Shown in pieces: positions 21,448 to 28,840 of a stretch of DNA of 28,840 bases. Position 1 is the first letter of the stretch. The number at the start of each line of letters is the position of its first letter. A program made the translations under genes and the position numbers. Origin of the DNA: Mycoplasmataceae bacterium (GTDB lineage Bacteria > Bacillota_I > Bacilli_A > Mycoplasmatales > Mycoplasmoidaceae); contig JAHHTJ010000001.1 in assembly GCA_020024715.1 (NCBI GenBank), forward strand, positions 1-28,840, in the 5' to 3' direction. The notes beneath the pieces are model-generated. The model was not told the DNA's origin. It made no database searches and saw only the letters and a program-made list of their open reading frames with translations.

Positions 21448-22668
21448 ATGGAACAAAAAATATTATCAGTCAAAGACTTAAGTGTTAAATTTAAAACTAA
21501 AACCGGAGTAATTAATGCTGTAAGAGGAGTTTCTTTTAGTGTTTATAAAGGTGAAATAGTGGGTTTAATTGGTGAATCTGGTAGTGGTAAATCTGTTACT
21601 ATGAAATCCATAGTTCGCTTTAACGATAATGATATTTTACATGCGAAAGAAATGAATCTTTGCGGAATTGATTTATTAAAGTTATCAAAAAATTGATATA
21701 ACTTTAAAAATCCATACTCCAATACTAAGAAATTAAAAAAAGTTCGTGGTGTATATGTTGCATATATTCCACAAGATCCAATGACTTCTTTAAATCCTTC
21801 TATGAAAATTGGAAAACAAATTGAAGAAGCTATTAGAGTATCTCAAAAAAGAAAGTATCTTAATGCTTTAAAAAATTTAAAAGAAAATAAGAAAAAACAT
21901 GTCGGTAATGTTAATTATGATGAATTGATTAATAAATTAAAAGCACAATATCATGAAAATATTAAACCTGATGCTATAAAGAAAAGAATTTATCAAATCT
22001 TAGAATTTATTGGCATTAAAGATATTGCTAATAATATTAATAAATATCCAAATAGTTTTTCTGGAGGAATGAGACAAAGAATTGTAATTGCAATTACAGT
22101 TGCTTGTGAACCAGATTTAATTATTGCTGATGAACCTACAACTGCATTAGATGTAATTGTTCAAGCAAAAGTTATTAGTTTGATTAAAAGATTAAGAGAT
22201 GAATTAAATATTTCTATCATTTTTATTTCACATAACATTGCTTTAGTTGCAAATCTTTGTGATTATATCTATGTTATGTATGCAGGAAAAATAATTGAAC
22301 AAGGTACATTAAATGATATTTTTATTGAACCTAAACATCCTTATACATGAGCTTTAATTGAATCTATTCCTAATCCAGAAATAAGAGGTGAATTAGCATA
22401 TATTCCTGGTACACCTCCAAATATGACTTTACCAATTCATGGAGATGCATTTGCTCCTAGAAATAAATATGCAATGCGTATTGATTTTGAAAAAGAACCA
22501 CCTTTATTCAATATTTCTAACACCCATAAAGCAGCTACTTGACTAGTTCATAAAGATGCACCTAAGATTGAAATACCTCAAGGTGTATTAGATAAAATTA
22601 AATTAGCTAAAAATGCTGTTTTACTAAAAACAAATGAGAAAAATAGTGAACAAGATGACAAACAATAA
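21448..22668 (+). CDS. oppD: Oligopeptide ABC transporter ATP-binding protein OppD (406 aa)
   Basis: AVRGVSF, GESGSGKS, IPQDPMTSLNP, FSGGMRQR, IIADEPTTALD, ISHN, HPYTWAL, IPGTPP, GDAFAPRN, HKAATW. Confidence 0.95.
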
Positions 22669-25438
22669 AGATAGAGCAAACAAAGAAATTATTAAAGCAG
22701 AGAACAAAATTGCTTTATATAACCAAATAACTGAAGATGTAGGTAAACTTTTAAAAAGTTTAAACTTTAGTAATGATGTAGATTTAGAAGAAACAGAAAC
22801 AGAACAAGAAAGAGTTATATTAGATGTAAGAAATGTTCAAAAATATTATTCAACTAGTAAAAAAGTATTAGATGAGATTACTTTTAAAGTATTTAGTGGA
22901 GAATTTTTTGGAATTGTTGGAGAATCTGGTAGTGGAAAAAGTACATTAGGTAAAATTATTATTAGAATTATTAATAATTCTGGTGGAACAATTTTATTCG
23001 ATGATCGTTTTATTTCTTCTAAAAAATTATTAAAAACAACAAGAAAATGATTATCACAAAATATTCAAATGGTTTTCCAAAGTCCAATTAGTTCTTTAAA
23101 CCCAAAGAAAAAGGTTTTAGATCTTATTAAAGAACCTTTAACAAGAAGTGATTTTATTAGTAAAAAAGTTGATATTTTAATTGATATTCATAAAATTTTA
23201 AACTATGTTTTTAAATATCGTACCAAAATTTTAATTGAAAATTTTAATATTGATTTTTACAAAAAATATTATTCTATTTTATTAAATGCGTATTTTACTT
23301 TTCAACTTAAATATTTTATTTATGAATATTATATTAATTCAACAAATAAAAAAGTTAATCGAGATCAATTCTTAAATAATATTTCTGCTTTATATAATCG
23401 CTATAAAGATCCAGAAAAAGATCTTGATGAAGGTTTTTTAGGACCAATTTATGACATTCAAAAAAATGAACAATTAAATATTTATAATCCTATTAACTTA
23501 TCTTCTGAGCAAAAAGAATATTTATGAAAAAGATTAATTAATGATAGTGTCTTATTAGATGCATTAGATATTAATTTAACTTCTAATATTACTGATATTA
23601 ATAGTTTTTTTGATGATTTAGCAGAAGCTGATGATTTTATTATTTCAGCTGTTGATGAATTAGATGGAAACATTAAATTAGTATTAAATATTGCTGCTAA
23701 ACATTTTAGTAACATTACTGATATTACAAGAATGATTTTAAGAAAAATATCTAGAAAAGATCTATATCAAACTGAAAAAGAAGTTATTGAAGCATATAAT
23801 AACTTGCAAAAAGCAGAAGATGCATATAAGAATAATCCTTTAAATAAAAAAATTAATAAAATCATTAAAAAGAAAGAAAGAAACTTAAAAGAATTCCAAG
23901 TAAACTATAAAAATAAAACTGGAATTAATGCATTAAATATTTTAAGAACTTATTTAAGTACTTCAAAAGAAGAAATTAAAAGTGTTGATCGTAGTTTGGT
24001 AAATGTAAGTAATGATCCAATTATGTTCTTATATTATTCTATTAAAAAAGCTACTTTAAAAGAACGTTATAATGTGGTTAAAACTTTAGGTTCTTTTAAC
24101 GATTTAACTGCTGGACAAATTGATTTTTTAATTGAAAAAGTTTGAGTTGCAATACAAGAAAAATATGCTAATTTGTTTTCATCTATTCAACAAATTCGTG
24201 ATGATAACGAAAAGAATTTAGCAAAAAAAAGTGATATTGCTGAAAGAATTGTACAGTTGAGACAACAATTAAAAAACACATGAAATCAATATGGTAAAGA
24301 ATTACCTCAATATAAGAAAGCAATTGCAAAAGCAAAAGAATGAAGTAAAGAAAATAAAAATATTTATCAAAGTAATATTGATAATGTAAATACCCAAAAG
24401 CAACAATTGTTAAAAATTAATGATACATTACAAGCAAGTTTGAATCAAAGAGTTGATAATGATGAATTAAAACAAAAATATGAAACATCTAAAATAACTT
24501 ATGATCAAGCTATGAAAAAATATTTAATTGAAAATGAAAAAATGAATGTTACTAGTAGACAAAAAGTTTCTAGTTTAAAAGCTGAAACAGCAAATATTAT
24601 TAGTACTTTTGATCCAATTTTAATTAAATTTATGAAACAAACTACAAAGTTTATTCAAAAATTACCTAAAAAAATTAATGAAAACTCTAAAATTTATGCA
24701 CTTGATCGTGAAGGAATCGTTAAAGATTTAGAACGTGTAAATGAAGGAATAGGAAGTAGTTTTTTAGAAGTTAAAGAAATTATTAGTAATGCTAATACTT
24801 ATGTAAAACTTTATAATGAATCAAATCCTAAAAATATTCGTAAGAAATTAATCAAACATTTAACTAAACTATATGTATTTGATACTTTAGAAAGTGTTGG
24901 TTTAAAACAAGAACATGCGTTTAGATATATCTATGAATTTTCTGGTGGTCAAAGACAAAGAATTGCCATTGCTAGAAGTTTAGTATCACATCCAAAATTA
25001 ATTATTGCTGATGAACCAATTTCTGCTCTTGATGTTTCTATTCAAGCACAGGTTGTAAATATTATGAAAAATTTAGCAAAAGAAAGAAATATTACTTTCT
25101 TGTTTATTGCACATGATTTAAGTATGGTTCATTATGCATGTGAAAGAATGATTATTATAAATAAAGGTCATATTCTAGAAAAAGGAAATACCAATGCTAT
25201 TTTTGAAAATCCAGGACACCCATATACTAGAACGTTATTAAAAGCTGTACCTGAATTATCTAATATTCATTTAAATCTAGCAAAAGAAAGTGAGAAAGTT
25301 GATCAACCATATGGAGATTACAATCCTATTGATAATCCAAAATTCTATAGTGTTTCTGATGAATTAGAACATTATGTGTATGGTACATTAGATCAAGTAC
25401 AGCAATGAAACCCACAAATCAAAGACGAAATAAAATAA
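22634..25438 (+). CDS. oppF: Oligopeptide ABC transporter ATP-binding protein OppF with large internal insertion (934 aa; alternative start 22655)
   Basis: Four fragments in one code-4 frame. GESGSGKST and QMVFQSPISSLNP, then roughly 570 aa of insert, then EFSGGQRQR, IIADEPISALDVSIQAQ, IAHDL, HPYT. Confidence 0.93.
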
Positions 25439-25941
25439 TTCATAACGGTGCTAGTTATACAACTAGTAGATCTAGAATTAATTGAAATGCACCAGATGTT
25501 AAAAAAGATGTAAAACATCCAAAAACAGCAAATGGTTGAGTTTTTTATGGATTTTTGTGAATTTTGTGAATTTGTATATTTTTAATAGCATATTTTCATC
25601 ATGCTACATATTTAAGTCATTCTACAGTTTTAAAAAATGCTTTTCTTATTCCTTCAGGAATTAATTTTGGAATTGTTTTGTTTTGATTTGCTGGAAGAAG
25701 TTTAATTTTTTCATATTTAACTTTTACATTGTATAAATTATCTGAAATTATTAAACTAAGAAAAATTAAACGTTTTTTAAAAATGGAACAAGATGATCAA
25801 ATCTTTGATAATTTAGGTTCTTATGAAGACTATAAAGATTATCTAAAAATAAAAAAAAGTAATTCTAAAATTGCTTTTTATGTTGGTTTTATAACTTTTA
25901 TTATTTTATTTATAGCTACTCTAATCGCAGCATTAGTGTAG
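25405..25941 (+). CDS. Hypothetical membrane protein closing the opp operon (178 aa, about 3 TM; DUF3899-like layout)
   Basis: Code-4 ORF MKPTNQRRNK...GWVFYGFLWILWICIFLIAYF...FYVGFITFIILFIATLIAALV, overlapping oppF by 34 nt. Two TMs, a charged loop and a C-terminal TM, as in DUF3899 proteins that accompany opp operons (not verified by search). Confidence 0.75.
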
Positions 25942-25952
25942 CTTTTTCTTTT
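25914..25952 (+). terminator. Intrinsic terminator of the opp operon
   Basis: AGCTAC-T-CTAAT / loop CGCAGC / ATTAG-T-GTAGCT (11 bp with one T-T mismatch) followed by TTTTCTTTT, overlapping both convergent stop codons. Confidence 0.65.
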
Positions 25953-27009
25953 CTGTTGATTCATTTGAATTAGTATTTTTATCATCATTATTTTTTAAGT
26001 AATTTGAATTATTAGAATTTTTAGATTTAAGAATTTCATTATTTTCAACAAAGAAATCATTTAATGAATCATCATATTCATTAAGTGAGTTTTTCTTGGT
26101 ATTGCTTTCTTCATCTAATTCTGTTCAATCTCATTGATCTTCTAAGTCAAGATTAATTGGTTTTGGTTTTTGTGATGTAATTATTTTTGAATCAGTTTTT
26201 ATTGTGCTAGCTGTTTCTTGTTTTATTTTTTCATTATTTGTATAAGAAGTATCATTAAATACAATTTCATCATTTTTTGTTTTATCTTCATCATCTTCGT
26301 TACTATCTTTATGAGCATTATGTTCACATTCATTTAAACAACGAAGAATAAATTCTGCACTTTGTAATAATAAAACAACTATTTGTTTCGGGGTTGAAAA
26401 TCAAAGTTTTCTCATTCTTTTTTTTGTTTTGTTTTTTTCAAAGATTGCATTATCATTATCTTCTTTAAATTCATATGTATCAGTAAATTCATTATCATAA
26501 CTCGCTGATAATTTATCTTTTTTTATAATACAAAAATAGTAATTTAATGCATATGGTAATAAATAAAGATTATTGTAATTAATGTTTCCAGAAATTCCTT
26601 TTAGATATTTATATAAGTTATCAATTGTATAGTTATCAGTTAATTTTAATTTATAGTAGTATCAAAATCCAAAAAAAAGAAACGAGAGTAAGATAAAAAA
26701 TATTCCAAAACCAAAAAGAATTGTTCCAATAATTCAATCTTTTATAAATAAAGCAACAATAGAACTTATAATAAAAAATATAAATGAAAGCGAGAGACAA
26801 CTTCATAAAATAATAAACATATAAAATATGATTTTATAAATTGATTTTGTTCATTCTATCAATTTAGAACACATTGAAGTTAATTTTTTAGTACTTTCTT
26901 CATTAAAATTCCCAAATAAAAAAGCAAATTCTTTTTTATTATCAAAAAGGGTATTTAATTCAATAGTTTTAACTTCAGTAATTGAATCTTGTATAAATTT
27001 TAACCCCAT
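25933..27009 (-). CDS. Hypothetical membrane protein, 2 TM helices and acidic/Asn-rich low-complexity C-terminal tail (358 aa)
   Basis: Code-4 ORF checked codon by codon (MGLKFIQDSITE...TEKKKLH*), with AAGGA RBS upstream. Absent from the supplied track because of TGAs. Confidence 0.85.
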
Positions 27010-27108
27010 AATAATTCCTTATTTTAAGTCTTGAATTAACTTATTAATATATTTATATAAGTAAGTTTCTTATATATTTTATATAATTAATATAATTATA
27101 GGTATAAT

Positions 27109-28518
27109 ATGATAAAAAAAAATAATAATAAAAAAAGCGAAGTTATTTCTACAACTAAAAAAAATACTGTAAAAAAATTAGAAACTATTAAAAAACATCC
27201 AAGTAAAGTTAAAGAATCTAGTAATAAAACTTTAAATAAGAATAAAAATTCTGAAGAAAAAAAGATTATTACTTCTAGTAAAGAAAAAGTAGTTAAAGTT
27301 GGAGCTGAAACAAAAGAACCTGTAGTTAAAAGAACTAAAGGAAAACAACAAAAAAGAAAAGATATTACTTTATCTCCTAAAAAAGTTAAATTACCAGTTT
27401 TTAAAGAAGATGAAGCTACTTTAGATTCGAATTTAGGAAATAATAAAGCTAGTACAGATATTCGTTCAAAATTACATATTTATGAAAGTAATATAATTAA
27501 GAAAAGAAAAGCTAATTTTGATAAAGAAGCAACATCAGAAGAAGATATTGATAAACAATTTGATGAAAGTTCTCCAGATATTCCAGTTTATCATCGTTCT
27601 AATATTTCAACACGAGATAAGATGGAAGATAGTGTTAAATCATTCTTATCTACTTTAGGTTCTAGTCGTATTTTAAATGCTGATAAGGAAAAAGAAATTG
27701 CAAAATTACTAGAATCTGATGATGAAGAAAAAAAAGAATATGCATTTAACCAATTTGTTACTTCCAATTTAAGATTAGTAACATCTATTGCTAGAAAATA
27801 TTTAAATAGAGGATTAGATTTAGAAGATTTAATTCAAGAAGGAACATTAGGTTTAATGAAAGCAGTTACTAAATTTGATTACAAATTAGGTCATAAATTT
27901 AGTACTTATGCAACTTGATGAATTCGTCAAGCAATTACTAGAGCTATAGCAGATCAAGGAAGAATTATTCGTATTCCTGTTCATATGGTAGAAACCATTA
28001 ACAAAGTTATGAAGGCTGAACATACTTTAGTGCAAAAATTAGGAAGAGAACCTAAAATTAAAGAATTGTATGATGAACTTGGTGGTGCTGAATCTAACTA
28101 TACCATTAAGAAAATTAGTGAAATTAAAAAATTAAATATTGATCCTATTTCTTTAGATAAACCAGTTGGTAGAGATGAAGAAAGTCAGTTTATTGATTTT
28201 GTTAGAGATGTTGATTCAATTACTCCAGAAGATTATGCTCAAGCAGCTATGCGAACTGAAGAAATTAATAAATCATTAAAGAATAATTTATCAAATATTG
28301 AAGAAAAAATTATACGTTTAAGATTTGGTTTGCCTGTTAAAAATGAAGAAACAGGAATTGAAATTGCACATAAACCAATGGGTCATGAAGAAGTTGCTAA
28401 AGAATTAAATTTAAAAAAAGAAAATGTAAGACAATTAGAAGCAAAAGCTATTAGAAGATTAAAACAACCTTCTAAAAACAAAAGATTACGCTCTTTCTTT
28501 TTAAACGAAAAAGACTAA
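27109..28518 (+). CDS. rpoD: Primary RNA polymerase sigma factor (469 aa)
   Basis: Region 2 [35 protein letters not shown] and [31 protein letters not shown] (WW = TGA TGA); region 3 ISLDKPVG; region 4 [15 protein letters not shown]. Confidence 0.98.
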
Positions 28519-28840
28519 TGAATTTAAAATTAAAAACTATTTTTAGTATGATTGAACCACAATGGATTAATATCGCAGACATTGGGTGCGATCATGCTTT
28601 TTTATCACAATATAATTATAAAAATCATTTAAATAAAAATTTTTATAACGTTGATAATAAACAAGGTCCACTAAATAATGCAATAAAAAATCATGATTCA
28701 ATTATAAATGATGCTAAATTTATTTTAAGTAATGGAATTAAATATTTTAATGAACAAAAAATTTCGATTGATTGTTGTATTATTGCTGGGATTGGAGGAA
28801 TTAATTGTGAAAAAATTTTACAAGATGATTCTATATATAT
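28518..28840 (+). CDS. trmK: tRNA (adenine(22)-N1)-methyltransferase TrmK-like SAM-dependent methyltransferase, 3'-truncated by window end
   Basis: TAATG stop/start overlap with rpoD; IADIGCDHAFL, VDNKQGPLNNA, LSNGI, IIAGIGG; canonical position after rpoD in Firmicutes and Mollicutes. Confidence 0.88.
   Translation, partial: MNLKLKTIFSMIEPQWINIADIGCDHAFLSQYNYKNHLNKNFYNVDNKQGPLNNAIKNHDSIINDAKFILSNGIKYFNEQKISIDCCIIAGIGGINCEKILQDDSIY

Noticed and set aside
5532..23715. Minus-strand track ORFs 5532..5732, 6705..6953, 8233..8463, 8491..8766, 12306..12530, 19549..19782, 23482..23715
   Set aside because: Antisense shadows of well-supported plus-strand genes, with no recognisable motifs.
25449..25468. 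Hairpin TGCTAGTT-ATAC-AACTAGTA after oppF, and mini-ORF MHQMLKKM at 25487
   Set aside because: Both lie inside the 25405..25941 coding frame, and the hairpin has no U-tract.
364..28518. Apparent pseudogenisation (multiple internal stops) of uvrB, secA, nusA, infB, opp genes and rpoD in the ORF track
   Set aside because: All breaks are in-frame TGA codons, which encode Trp in code 4; the frames are continuous.
1..28840. CRISPR arrays, IS elements, prophage/ICE genes, tRNA/rRNA, long phase-variation tracts
   Set aside because: No regularly spaced direct repeats, transposase or integrase motifs, or GC-richer structural RNA segments were seen; poly-A/T runs are short and expected at this composition.

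Overview
Very AT-rich chromosomal segment of a Mollicute that uses genetic code 4. TGA reads as Trp at invariant positions (e.g. RpoD YAT-W-W-IRQ, Ppa D-W-DGDELD), so the supplied code-11 ORF track is fragmented and every gene below was re-joined by hand. The secA-uvrB pair, nusA-infB-rbfA followed by a membrane protein, the long NusA tail and the basic RpoD N-terminus suggest a pneumoniae-group mycoplasma (inference). Gene order: small membrane protein; uvrB and secA (minus); glpF-like aquaglyceroporin; RNase HIII (minus); 2-TM hypothetical; acpS; a tandem pair of membrane paralogues (first copy frameshifted); nusA-infB-rbfA-membrane protein; ppa-yebC; an oligopeptide ABC operon; a 2-TM hypothetical (minus); rpoD; trmK (partial). 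No rRNA, tRNA, IS, CRISPR or phage signal was seen. The opp locus is the most unusual part. Its leader has the architecture of a ribosome-controlled transcription attenuator (26-aa uORF, alternative 1:2 / 2:3 / 3:4 pairings, terminator, plus an extra competing 12-bp stem). Its 1193-aa OppA-like protein has family-5 motifs in circularly permuted order, OppB and OppC are fused, and OppF carries a very large insertion. All family assignments come from motif recognition by eye; no searches or folding were run.
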